In this document: positions 35,224-47,721 of the stretch, piece by piece
Position numbering within the stretch: position 1 is the first letter of the stretch
How the letters are laid out: the number at the start of each line of letters is the position of its first letter
NCBI GenBank assembly: GCA_950097015.1
Contig: CATNEN010000011.1
Location: 992,001 to 1,056,000 of the forward strand
Origin: Macrostomum hystrix
Taxonomy: Eukaryota; Animalia; Platyhelminthes
Reading direction: 5' to 3'
DNA length: 64,000 nt
Notes under the pieces: model-generated
What the model was told of the DNA's origin: nothing
Databases searched by the model: none
The model's input: only the letters and a program-made list of their open reading frames with translations
Position numbers and translations under genes: made by a program

Positions 35224-38200
35224 TCATTGGAGCTCGCACAATGCTGGAGCCAGTGGTACATTGAACTATGATGCTGGCAGTACTTTGCAAGTAAGTTTTT
35301 TCTTAATCATATCAAGCATAATGGGGAAATGTTTGTCTAGTTTCTACTTAGAATTCGAATCTTTTTTGTTTTATTCATCATAGTATTCCCAGCCAGTGCA
35401 GCAGTATTCTCCGCCTACTAGTGGTCCAACTCGTTATACAATGGACTATGACCTTGATGTGGATCTGGCTGCCAGTTCCTTGGGAAATGGTGGCGGTGGA
35501 TTTGTCTACTCCACTGGCACTGCTGGTCGTCACAGTCCTGGGTGAGATTTTCATTGCATCTTTATTTTGCCTAGATTTCAATTATTAAATTGCCAAAGAC
35601 TTGACAAAGGGAAAATCTATATTTTTCATTTTTCTAATTAGTTTATTTATATTATAGCTTCCTCCAAAGCAATAGCATCGTCTTATTGCTTTTTCTTCTT
35701 CAGTCCTTCCTTGGTACATTGTGTCACCAGCACAGTTTACGTAACAATTGATGTTTGCTTTAGTTGTAGCAGCTGTAGTAGGAGATGCTGCAACTGCTGC
35801 CACCTATCTCATCCATCGGCTATCAATGCTGACCGTGCAGTATTTAATTATATGTTAGTTTGTTCTGAATTGAACAGTATTTCTTTGTTTTTATAGTTGC
35901 AGTTATATATGTAATGTAGCCAGCATAGTGAGTTTTTTCTGTGTTCCGGCATGACTGTCTGAAAAAGGTTTTTTAAGGCCAGCATCTTTCTTAATTTAGA
36001 TCACTAAAGGACTAAAGGCATGCCTTTTAAGCGTTCAGGTTTTCGTTAAGAATCCTAAATAGGATCTGTTGGTTTTTAGCCATTCGTTTCCTAATAGTAT
36101 TTTAAATCCAAATTGTTAGCATGTTTTCTTGGAAGTTAAAAAAAGCAACGACTGTGAGCATGAGTCATGCTAGAAAATAATTGCAACACTCTGCATCGAA
36201 AAAAAGGAAAGCAAATTAATTTGTCCAGTAAATTGCGCATTGTTCCAAAGTTTTGGTTGCATGTGATTATAAACATTTTCATGTAAGCCTTTTAAGAAAA
36301 CGATCTTTAGTTTTATGGATAAGGATGGAATTTTAAAGATAAGGTTGAGATTCTATAGATAGGGATGAAATGATATTTCTAAGATTTTTGCAATTTGCGA
36401 TAACTAGGTGCAGTGGGGATAGGCGTTTGCCTCTCGCGTCAAGGTCCATGAGCTCGATTCCGCGGCGAGGCCACATTGATTTTGGGCGCGGCCGCGGAGA
36501 GAAGGCTTGGTGGCTTGTCGTGCAATCTACGCCATTGAGGGCTGACGATGAGAAATTCAGGGCAGATAGAGGTGCACACTTGTGTGAGCGTGTGCCTGCG
36601 TACAGTATCTGTGTGCGTGTGTGCTCAGGAGTCAGCGAATTGGGCAGAACTGCATCCTCGCTGGCTGCGGGTCTAGTGTCACCAAATGATGTGCCAATCC
36701 CCATTATAATATTATTTTTTACATAAAATTTTGTGTACGCTCGCCCAGCTACACACTTAAACTACAAATGTACTTTTCTTCCCTCGGAATCGACAGTCAG
36801 GGCTATCGTCTAGCTTCAGCAGCAGCGGACGTTGACGATCTAGACGGCAGTCAGCCGTATGCGAATTTGCCTGCTGCGCCTCTGTCGCCAATGTCTGCTT
36901 CGCTTAGAAACGGCTACGCTAATTCTATCGGCTCCCAGTCTCAGCAGCAGCATCATTATCACCTGTATCAGAGAGACTTTGCCACCACGGACGGCCGAAT
37001 TCGGCATCGTCAGCTGCAGCAGCCGGCCGACTCTCAGAGCCAGCAGCAGCACGAGTATGTCAATTATCGCGATCCGGACGTTGTCGCCATGGCTAGAGCG
37101 GCTTCTGTTGACGGCGCCGCCGGCGGATTGAGTAGATCCGACAAGTTTGGCACATTGGCTAGTTTGAATTGTGAGTTGCTTTGTTTAAATTGTTTCCTTC
37201 AAGGCTTGTACAGGATATGTGAGAAATATTGTGCGCTTAACAAATTCAACAGGTTTGACCGACTGTTCTCTTCTGTTCTGTTTTCTGTTTTGTTCTGTCC
37301 AGTTAAAGAATGCAGTTCTCAAATGCCCACTCGCATGTTTCTGCTCTGCATTGCATGGGCACGGCTTCGAAGATAACGCATCGATAAAATCTGTTGCCAC
37401 TCAGTTTTACATTTGTGCTGTGCTTTTCACCTTGACATCAAAACTGATTAGGCTAACAACTATTTGCCCATTTCTGGTTGTAAAATGAAGCTCTACTTAA
37501 TTATTTATTCTTAATCTGACTCAAAACTTAGAAATATGTACATCTTATCAGAGTACAGTCATCTAATTGCATTCTTATTTTAAACTGCGAAGTTTGTTAC
37601 CAACCAACCAGTGTCTATACTTTTGGCAACATTAATTTACTTTGCGCAAATGCTTTTCTCGCTTACAAAACATTATAAAGTGCAATTAGATTTGCATTTT
37701 TTAATTTTAATGAATGGTTGTTTAAAGTTCTTATTAAAGTTTGTATTACAAAATTATCTCCATAGCAACAAAGCAGCATTCTCAACAATGCCAAAATGAC
37801 GCCACCAAACTCAATCAGCCACAGGCAGATACGCTAGCAGCACTATTGGAGACAGTAGGCAGCGAATATTGCCCTACTCCGGTAGCTACTCATTTAATCA
37901 CCATGGCAAGGAGCAAACGGAAGAGGATGGCGCTTTTGCTAATCCCGGCTACTCAGATTTAGGCGATTTTTATCCCATGACAGCGGATGGGAGGGCCGTG
38001 TCCCCTTATTCCCAGTCGCATAGGTCGCTTGGTAAGTGGCAGCTTGAAGCCTTGCAAGCAAAGCCGGATTTGAAAGTTTGCTGCTTTTTATTGCGTAGTT
38101 TCTGTCCCAAAACGGAAATTAATTACTGTTCTATTCCGATGCGTGTCTTAGTTTTAGTTGTTAGTTTATTGTTTGTAGACTATTGTGAAGCTTTTTGTGT

Positions 38201-41200
38201 TTGTCAAGCTTTTTTGGATTTATGAAGGTTTGGGATATATCAAGTTTTGGTGTTTGTGAAGCTTTGAGGTTTGTGAAGCTTTGGGGTTTGTGAAGCTATG
38301 GGGTTTGTGAAGCTTTGAGGTTTGTGAAGCTTTGGGGTTTGTGAAGCTTTGGTGTTTGTGAAGCTTTGGGGTTTGTGAAGCTTTGGGGTTTGTGAAGCTT
38401 TGGGGTTTGTGAAGCTTTGGGGTTTGTGAAGCTTTGGGGTTTGTGAAGCTTTGGTGTTTGTGAAGCTTTGGGGTTTGTGAAGCTTTGGGGTTTGTGAAGC
38501 TTTGGGGTTTGTGAAGCTTTGGGGTTTGTGAAGCTTTGGGGTTTGTGAAGCTTTGGTGTTTGTGAAGCTTTGGGGTTTGTGAAGCTTTGGGGTTTGTGAA
38601 GCTTTGGGGTTTGTGAAGCTTTGGGGTTTGTGAAGCTTTGGTGTTTGCGAAGCTTTGGGGTTTGTGAAGCTTTGGTGTTTGTGAAGCTTTGGGGTTTGTG
38701 AAGCTTTGGTGTTTGCGAAGCTTTGGGGTTTGTGAAGCTTTGGTGTTTGTGAAGCTTTTGGGTTTGTGATGCTTTGGTGTTTGTGAAGCTTTTGGGTTTG
38801 TGATGCTTTGGTGTTTGTGAAGCTTTGGGGTTTGTGAAGCTTTGGGGTTGGTGAAACAGTTCAGCTTGTAGTGCAAATTTTAGTCTTGTCGATTTCATTT
38901 TTTAGATGATTGTTTAGTCAAACAAACTGAGTCTTTATTTATGTAGCTCTTGATTATTGAAAAGTGTACATTTTAAGAATATTTCTTAAAATGAATAATA
39001 CTTTCCTATTTTCTGTCTTGATGTGTGAGATCCTTAATTAAATTGAAATAAATATTTTTTTACTTTTCCACTACTGTCGTAGTCTATTTTCGCACCATTT
39101 TAATTTCCTAACCACTATCCATTTTATAAAAAAATAATTAATATTCTATTACTCTATCGTAACTATGCTAAATATATTATTCCTGCGTAGTATCAAATTA
39201 TCATTAATAGATTGATGTATTTCTAATACTATTCAATCACATGCCATCATTTTATTTAGTGAGGCTATAAAATTCAGACAAATAGGCGGTGGTACATATA
39301 TAACGCTTTCATTATTTCTATATTTCTACCCCACGCGTGCACTGTTTAGTTTAGTCGGTGCAGATGCGCTCACCAACTCATTACCAAATTGCTCTATACT
39401 TTCTACTTGTTAGGCTTAGTTTGAAGCTTAGTTCTTAACTTGTTGGGGCCGTCTCTCCGTCTCCTCTCTATTTCGCACTCAAACTTGAACTAGCTCGCGT
39501 CTACTTTTTATGGAATTATTAAAGTTTCAATCCTTCTACCAATTATAATTCTCAAATCTAAGTTCTTTTACAACGAGCTGTAGCCTTACTCTAACTAAAT
39601 TTGCTTCTATGAAACTGATTCTATTATGTTTCTCATTGAAATGGCTAAGCTATAGATTGGGCTGTGTGAATAATGCTTTTCTATGCGACGATTGTATTCA
39701 AATTTTTCAAATTTTTTTTATATTTGACCGTTTGACATAGTCTTTTTTGACCAAATTTTCGTTAAAAAATAAGAGACGAGACACGGGAGAAATAAGACAC
39801 GGGAGAGATAAAACACGGAAGAGATGAGACACGGGAGAGATAAAACACGGAAGAGATGAGACACGGGAGAGATAAGACACGGGAAAGATGAGACACGGGA
39901 AAGATGAGACACGGAGAGATGAGACACGGGAGAGATGAGACACGGGAGAGATGAGACACGGGAGAGATGAGACACGGGAGAGATAAGACACGGGAGAGAT
40001 GAGACACGGGAGAGATGAGACACGGGAGAGATGAGACACGGGAGAGATGAGACACGGGAGAGATGAGACACGGGAGAGATGAGACACGGGAGAGATGAGA
40101 CACGGGAGAGATAAGACACGGGAGAGATGAGACACGGGAGAGATGAGACACGGGAGAGATAAGACACGGGAGAGATGAGACACGGGAGAGATGAGACACG
40201 GGAGAGATGAGACACGGAGAGATGAGACACGGGAGAGATGAGACACGGGAGAGATGAGACACGGGAGAGATGAGACACGGGAGAGATGAGACACGGGAGA
40301 GATGAGACACGGGAGAGATGAGACACGGGAGAGATGAGACACGGGAGAGATGAGACACGGGAGAGATAAGACACGGGAGAGATGAGACACGGGAGAGATG
40401 AGACACGGGAGAGATAAGGCAGGGGAGAGATGAGACAGGGGAGAGATGAGACACGGGAGAGATGAGACACGGAGAGATGAGACACGGGAGAGATGAGACA
40501 CGGGAGAGATGAGACACGGGAGAGATGAGACACGGGAGAGATAAGACACGGGAGAGATGAGACACGGGAGAGATGAGACACGGAGAGATGAGACACGGGA
40601 GAGATGAGACACCGAAGAGATGAGACACGGGACAGATCAGACACGGGAGAGATCAGACACGGGACAGATCAGACACGGGACAGATCAGACACGGGACAGA
40701 TCAGACACGGGACAGATCAGACACGGAAGAGATCAGACACGGGAGAGATGAGACACGGGAGAGATGAGACACGGAGAGATGAGACACGGGAGAGATGAGA
40801 CACCGAAGAGATGAGACACGGGACAGATCAGACACGGGAGAGATCAGACACGGGACAGATCAGACACGGGACAGATCAGACACGGGACAGATCAGACACG
40901 GGACAGATCAGACACGGGAGAGATCAGACACGGGACAGATCAGACACGGGACAGATCAGACACGGGACAGATCAGACACGGGACAGATCAGACACGGGAG
41001 AGATCATACACGGGACAGATCAGACACGGGAGAGATCAGACGGGGAGAGATCCAACACGGAAGAGATGAGACGCAGCGCAGATCGCTGACTCCTGGTCTA
41101 TCAAGTGAAGTTGATTACTTCAATCGCTGGGCAGGTATGTTGGTAGATTAGCTAGATCAGCAGATACATCTGATCAGGCAAAGAAATGATTGACAGCTGT

Positions 41201-44200
41201 ACTGATTTACACGTGATGTGACTGACAGGTGTCTGATTCAGCTTGTATGACATTGTGACCTCCCTTGACTCCGCAGTGTCCGCCAGTCAGGTGTCTCGCG
41301 CCACACCGTCTGCAGCGCAGCCGATGCCAGCAGAACCGGCTGCTTCGTCGGCGACTTCACCACCGCCTGCCGGCTACAGAGACCCGGAGCTACCGGAAGT
41401 TCTCCAGCTGTTGCGCAACGGCTCGGAAGCCGCCCGGTGCCACGCCGCGGCCTACCTTCAACACCTGACCTTCTGCGAGGAGGACAACAAGACTCGGGTT
41501 CGCACAGCCGGCGGCATTCCGCTGCTAGTGAACCTGCTGGCCAGACCGGCAGGACCCGAACTGCGGCTTAGCGTGCTGGGCGCATTGCGCAATCTCAGCT
41601 ACGGCCTGGGGCAGGAGGAGAATAGGCGAGAGATGGCCAGGAATGGCCTGCTGGCGAGCCTGTGCGCCCTGCTCGACGCAGAGATGGAAGTCAGGTAATG
41701 TTGGGTAATGTCTGTCCTGTAATGTTGGGTAATGTCTGTCCTGTAATGATGGGTAATGTCTGTCCTGTAATGATGGGTAATGTCTGTCCTGTAATGATGG
41801 GTAATGTCTGTCCTGTACTGATGGGTAATGTCTGTCCTGTAATTATGGGTAATACCTGTCCTGTAATGATGGGTAATGTCCGTTCTGTAATGATGGGTAA
41901 TGTCTGTCCTGTAATTATGGGTAATACCTGTCCTGTAATGATGGGTAATGTCCGTTCTGTAATGATGGGTAATGTCTGTCCTGTAATGATGGGTAATGTC
42001 AATTCTGTAAGGATGGGTAATGTCAATTCTGTAAGGATGGGTAATGTCAGTTCTGTAATGATGGGTTATGTCAGTTCTGTAAGGATGGGTAATGTCTGTC
42101 CTGTACTGATGGGTAATGTCTGTCCTGTAATGATGGGTAATGTCTGTCCTGTACTGATGGGTAATGTCTGTCCTGTACTGATGGGTAATGTCTGTCCTGT
42201 AATAATGGGTAATGTCTGTCCTGTACTGATGGGTAATGTCTGTCCTGTAATTATGGGTAATACCTGTCCTGTAATGATGGGTAATGTCCGTTCTGTAATG
42301 ATGGGTAATGTCTGTCCTGTAATGATGGGTAATGTCAATTCTGTAAGGATGGGTAATGTCAATTCTGTAAGGATGGGTAATGTCAATTCTGTAAGGATGG
42401 GTAATGTCAATTCTGTAAGGATGGGTAATGTCAATTCTGTAAGGATGGGTAATGTCAGTTCTGTAATGATGGGTTATGTCAGTTCTGTAAGGATGGGTAA
42501 TGTCTGTCCTGTAATGATGGGTAATGTCAATTCTGTAAGGATGGGTAATGTCAGTTCTGTAATGATGGGTAATGTCAGTTCTGTAATGATGGGTAATGTC
42601 AATTCTGTAAGGATGGGTAATGTCAATTCTGTAATGATGGGTAATGTCAGTTCTGTAATGATGGGTAATGTCAATTCTGTAATGATGGGTAAAGTCAATT
42701 CTGTAATGATGGGTAATGTCAATTCTGTAATGATAGGTAATGTCAATTCTGTAATGATGGGTAATGTCAGTTCTGTAATGATGGGTAATGTCAATTCTGT
42801 AATGATGGGTAATGTCAGTTCTGTAATGATGGGTAATGTCAGTTCTGTAAGGATGGGTAATGTCAGTTCTGTAATGATGGGTAATATCTGTCCAGTAATG
42901 ATCTGTTCTATTATTAAGCTAGGTAAACGGCGGGAGTAGCTATGCACAAATTTTTAAAATGACCTTCCTCGTCATCAAATGAGTTATTAAATCTTCTTTA
43001 CTGTTTCCAGAGAGCTGGTCACGGCCGTGCTGTGGAATCTCAGCGCCAGTCACAGCCTCAGGCGTGACATGCTGGACTCATGCGTTCTACCCCTTGTGAA
43101 CCAGGTCTTGTTGCCGCACGCCGGCCTCGAACAAAGACCCAACGGCGAATTCTCCAGTGTCCAACGCGAGTCCTACGCGCCGCCGGTGTTTCGCAATGCT
43201 ACTGGCGCTCTGCGCTGTTTGAGCGCTTTCGGCGAAGATGGCTACGGAAGGAAACGATTGAGATCTGTGCCGGGACTGGTTGAGAGTATTATACAGGTGA
43301 TTGTGACGAACTTAGGGAAATTTTGGGTCGGTCTTGAATGACCTTGGATAATTAGATGTCCTGGAATGACCTTGAATAATTGGATGTCCTGGAATGACCT
43401 TGAATAATTGGATGTCCTGGAATGACCTTGACTAATTGGATGTCCTGGAATGACCTTGACTAATTGGATGTCCTGGAATGACCTTGACTAATTGTATGTC
43501 CTGGAATGACCTTGACAAATTGTATGTCCTGGAATGACCTTGACTAATTGTATGTCCTGGAATGACCTTGACTAATTGTATGTCCTCGAATGACCTTGAC
43601 TAATTTGATGTCCTGGAATGACCTTGAATAATTTGATGTCCTGAAATGAACTTGAATAATTGGATGTTCTGGTATGACATTAAATAATTTGATGACAATA
43701 TGACCTTGAATAATTGGATGCCATGGAATGACCTTTAATAATTGGATGTCAGGAAATGACCTTGAAAAAGTGGTTGTCCTGGAATGACCTTGAATATTTG
43801 GATGTAATAAAATGACCTTTAATGTTCTTTAAATGACCTTTAAAACATTTAATAGTCCATAAATGACATTAAACAACATGTAATAAAGTTAAAATAACCT
43901 AGAAAATTTGTGTTAGAGAGCTTGAAGGACTTTGAAAATTATTATTCGTGCTTTTATTGTTCTTTTAAAAATCAATTATGCACACCATTTGACTTTTAGA
44001 TCTGTTAATGCTAAATCTAATAACTATATAAACCAGAAGCTCTCAAATCTCAATTTCCCATTAACAGGTGCTTCGCTCCGCCGTGAGCAACAGAGATCTT
44101 GACGGAAAATCCGTGGAGAATTGCGTCTGCCTATTGCGCAATCTGCTGTACGCCTGTCAAGAAGCCGTTGATCCCGGCTACAAGCCGGCTGATTCAGTTC

Positions 44201-46168
44201 TGACTGCCAATGCTAGCGGCGCTAACGGAAAGTCTGGCAAAGGTGTTTAAATTGAATTTGTTTCTCAAATTTTCCTTGAGGAAGTTGGTCCTTAAGGGCG
44301 TAAATTGCACGACAAGCCCCCAAGCCTTCTCTCCGCGGCTGCGCCCCAAATGAATGTGGCCTCGCCGCGGAATCGAACTCAGGGACCTTGGTGCGAGCGG
44401 CACAAGCGTTAACCGCTCTGCCACGGACCCCCTAGAGGAAGAATACAATGTTTAAGATTTTTCAAATTATTGGCATTACTTTATTCTATTTAGCTTTTGG
44501 GATCAAATAAATAAACTATTAACTAATTTAGTTAACGCTTTAGTTGATGAAAACTACCGTTCGTTAAAAAAGTATCGATAAAAGTTAACGATTCAGTATA
44601 AAAAGTAACGAATTGAGTTTTGCATGCACTTGTACCATTTGTTAAAAAAATAAAACCTTAACGATTTAGTAGGAAAAAGTAACGAGTTAGTTAGCGATTC
44701 GGCATAAAAAAACTAACGTACCATGCGCATTTCAGGCTGCTTCGGTGGAAAAAGTAACGCTGGCAATAAGAAAAAGCCCAATCGGAAGCCAACAAACTCG
44801 CAGACAAAAAATTCGCGACCTCTTGCACCTGACGTTGCCGTTAGCAACGGTCGCGGCGGCATACTGTGGCACCCGGGCACAATGTCCAGCCTACTGATGC
44901 CAATCATTGCCGACTGCACCAACGCGGAGACGCTTGAAGCGGCTTCTGGTGCTGTGCAAAATCTGGCCGCCTGCGACTGGCAGCCCTCGGTGGAGTTTCG
45001 AGCCCAGGTCCGGCAAGACAAAGGCCTGCCCTTGCTAGTTGAATTGCTCAGCCTGGAAGCTGATCGAGTTGTGCGAACCGCTGCCACGGCTTTGAGAAAT
45101 CTGGCACTTGATCAGCGCAACCTGGGGCTCATTGGTGCGTCTGGGAAATGACGTTTTTATTGGTTCATTAAGCTGTGAGTTCTCACCCTCAGATTCTTTA
45201 ACCGGTGAGATCTCACCCTCAGATTCTTTAATCGGTGAGATCTCACCCTCAGATTCTTTAATCGGTGAGATCTCACCCTCAGATTCTTCAGCTGTGAGAT
45301 CTCACCCTCAGATTCTTCAGCTGTGAGATCTCACCCTCAGATTCTTAACATTTGAGATCTCAACCTCAGATTCTTTAACCTGTGAGATCTCACCCTCAGA
45401 TTCTTTAACCTGTGAGATCTCACCCTCAGATTCCTGAAATTCTTTAATCTGTGAGATCTCACCCTCGGATTCTTCAGCTGTGAAGAATTCAGGTATTCGA
45501 TCTAATCCTAGGATTTGTTTAGGTAATATTGTATACTACCTAAATATATGATATATGATATATGTGATATATGATATATATTACTAATGCATATATTTGC
45601 AGGCAAATTCGCCCTAGAAGCGCTGGCCTCTCGCCTGCCCAGACGCAATTCTCCCATAGCGAATAGTCCGGACACCTACGCTGCTATCATAGCTACTCTA
45701 TACACAGTTGTCAAGGCCAATCAAGAATTTGCCAGGCGCCTAGCTGAGCTCGGAGGTCCTAGCGGCCTAATATTGGTGCGCGACGCGCCCAGTAGATACG
45801 GCCAGAAGGCGGCCGCGTTCGCCGCTCGCCTATTGGACTCCATGCAGCAGTTGCTAGGCAAAGATGTACAACTGACAGCCCTGCAGAATCGACCCCAGGC
45901 TGAGCCGCAGCCAGCCGCGGCAGCAGCAGTTGCGGCCAATCCTATTCAATATTCGGTCAGTCCTCAGGCTAGCGCATCTGCAGCTGAGCCTACTTATGCT
46001 CAGATTGATAAGCAAAAGAAGTTGCAACAGAGAGCTCAGATGCAGCAGCAGCAATTTCCCATGGAGCAGGTGCAGCCTCAGGTGCAACAGCGGCAGCAGC
46101 AGCAGCAGCAGCGACAGCATCATCATCACAGTCACGTTTATGAACAAGCGGCCGACAGTTGGGTTTGA
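35224..46168 (+). CDS. CTNND2: delta-catenin / p120-family armadillo repeat protein (5' start exon not located)
   Basis: Predicted exons 35224-35290, 35384-35541, 36797-37170, about 37819-38031, 41277-41694, 43011-43296, 44068-44242, 44736-45134, 45603-46168. Motifs YRDPELPEVLQLL, AAAYLQHL, GALRNLSYG, ELVTAVLWNLS, FRNATGALRCLS, KSVENCVCLLRNL, GCFG, TLEAASGAVQNLAACDWQPS, KGLPLLVELL, AATALRNLALD, C-terminal DSWV PDZ ligand. The four N-terminal exons are lower confidence than the ARM exons. Confidence 0.88.
36405..36710 (+). mobile_element. SINE family B copy
   Basis: tRNA-like head (GAGCTCGATTCC) and body matching 54660-54980. Confidence 0.85.
38225..38850. repeat. 17-bp minisatellite TTTGTGAAGCTTTGGGG in catenin intron
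   Basis: Visible, about 35 units. Confidence 0.95.
39770..41075. repeat. 14/16-bp purine-rich minisatellite GAGATGAGACACGGGA changing to CAGATCAGACACGGGA
   Basis: Visible; same unit as inside the 6298-6762 element. Confidence 0.95.
41695..42900. repeat. 24-bp minisatellite GATGGGTAATGTCTGTCCTGTAAT beginning at the splice donor
   Basis: About 50 units filling most of the catenin intron. Confidence 0.96.
43335..43830. repeat. 28-bp minisatellite GAATGACCTTGACTAATTGGATGTCCTG
   Basis: Visible, decaying toward the 3' end. Confidence 0.92.
44277..44431 (-). mobile_element. SINE family B, 3'-truncated copy
   Basis: Head GGGTCCGTGGCAGAGCGGTTAACGCTTGTGCCGCTCGCACCAAGGTCCCTGAGTTCGATTCC on the minus strand. 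Confidence 0.8.
45172..45485. repeat. 28-30-bp minisatellite containing the 12-bp palindrome GTGAGATCTCAC
   Basis: Visible. Confidence 0.9.
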
Positions 46169-47364
46169 GGATTAAATTTAATCTGCTAATCCTTCCCAAA
46201 GTTGCGTACGTGAATGTAAATTAATTTTTTAGGCATTTGCCAATTATTTTCAATGCTAAAGAAATTGGGTTATTAATAATTGGAATTTTATTTCTAGAAC
46301 TCAAGTTTACAATTGCTCGTTTTTTGAAAGTGTAAATAAATAATTAATCTAAATTGGGTTTTTTACCATTTTTTATGTGCGCTAGCTATACAATTTTATT
46401 TTTATTAACAAGGCTGTGTTTGTTAATTTTATTATTTCCTTTTTGTAGATTTTGGTACGTTTTTATAGCCAAAAATGTGTTTCCTGTTGTTGCTTTTTTT
46501 TGACTAAACATTATCATGCATGCTAGCTGAGCTAGTAGAGTCCCATCGCTTTTGTTGATATTTTCTTTGCTTTTTTTCTGGAAGACACGCGTTGTTGTTT
46601 ATTTCCGCATCAGGTAGCATGATTATCGTTTGTGTTAAATGTGTTAATTTGTTGCTTTTATGTTGGTTAAAAATTTAAGTGCCTTTTGGTTAAAATATTA
46701 CACTAACTGTGTGGACCAGTGTAAAAATACCCTCTTCTAGTTGGTTAGGTGTGAGTACAACAATCCATTTGTACATAAAACTGTCTATACTGAGGTTTGC
46801 TTTATCATGATTGATATTTGATAATTTTTTCGATTTTAAATTATATTCTACGCTTGTTACTATTTTTTCTTACTATTTTTTCCTGCAACGATGTTAAATC
46901 TTTGCTTTCTGGCTAAACACTGCCAAGAATGCGGCTCTAACTATATAACATTTATTGTTTGAGTATTTAGCATACTGACAGTGTTTTTTATAGGAAATAT
47001 ATTTTCCAATATACTACTGTTTTTAGTGTCCATGTCAGTAGGCAGATTTTGTTTTATTGGTTATTTATTGTCTGCAATAAAAGTTCTCTTCTACCAATGA
47101 GAAATCATAATTCAAACCAGTATCTTCGCAAATGATATATTTAGAAACAAGAAGAACAGTTTTGTTCATTAAAATAACGGACATTGGTACGCAGTGCTAC
47201 TACTCGCTTGAGTAGTAGTATTAGCTTGCGCTTCTTTTCAAACATTTATCGCTTCTGTGTATTTTAAAAACGAAGCTAATCATCTTTATTACGACTTGTT
47301 TTTATTCATTTTATTCAAAACCAAACCACTAGTGTTATTCAATAACTAGGAATGGTATGCGGGC

Positions 47365-47475
47365 AGCGTATAGCTGTTCAGTCCGTGGACTGGTTAGTCC
47401 GCCAAATTGTCCAAAATATCTACCCCAGATCACTCTACAGCTGGGTAAATAGTAGGACTAGAAATTCTGTTTTGA
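47365..47475 (-). mobile_element. Degenerate SINE family A fragment
   Basis: CTGTTCAGTCCGTGGACTGG, CAGCTGGGTAAA and AACCACTAGGCTGCAA match parts of the 27890-28203 copy. Confidence 0.5.
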
Positions 47476-47721
47476 ACCACTAGGCTGCAAGCTCCATTAT
47501 TTAATTAAACTACTATAAGTAGTCACCCCATTTTTAGTCTGGTTCTCTTTAGTATAGCAAATAGAATTGCACGACAAAAATGTAGCGTTTAAGTGTTTCT
47601 TTCCACTGCCAACAATGGCCACTGAAAATTTACAAGTATATTTATAATTCTGGATAGTTGTTTAATAAATCTCCGGTCTTCTTACACCTGGTCCGTCACC
47701 GTCTTATTAAGCGCCCTTTGT

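Noticed and set aside
39707-41151. 300-aa [16 protein letters not shown] ORFs and RHGTDQTRD ORFs
   Set aside because: Minisatellite translations.
41662-42939. 425-aa VMMGNVCP repeat ORF resembling a solenoid or antifreeze protein
   Set aside because: Lies in the catenin intron in a different frame from the exon; openness follows from a 24-bp unit.
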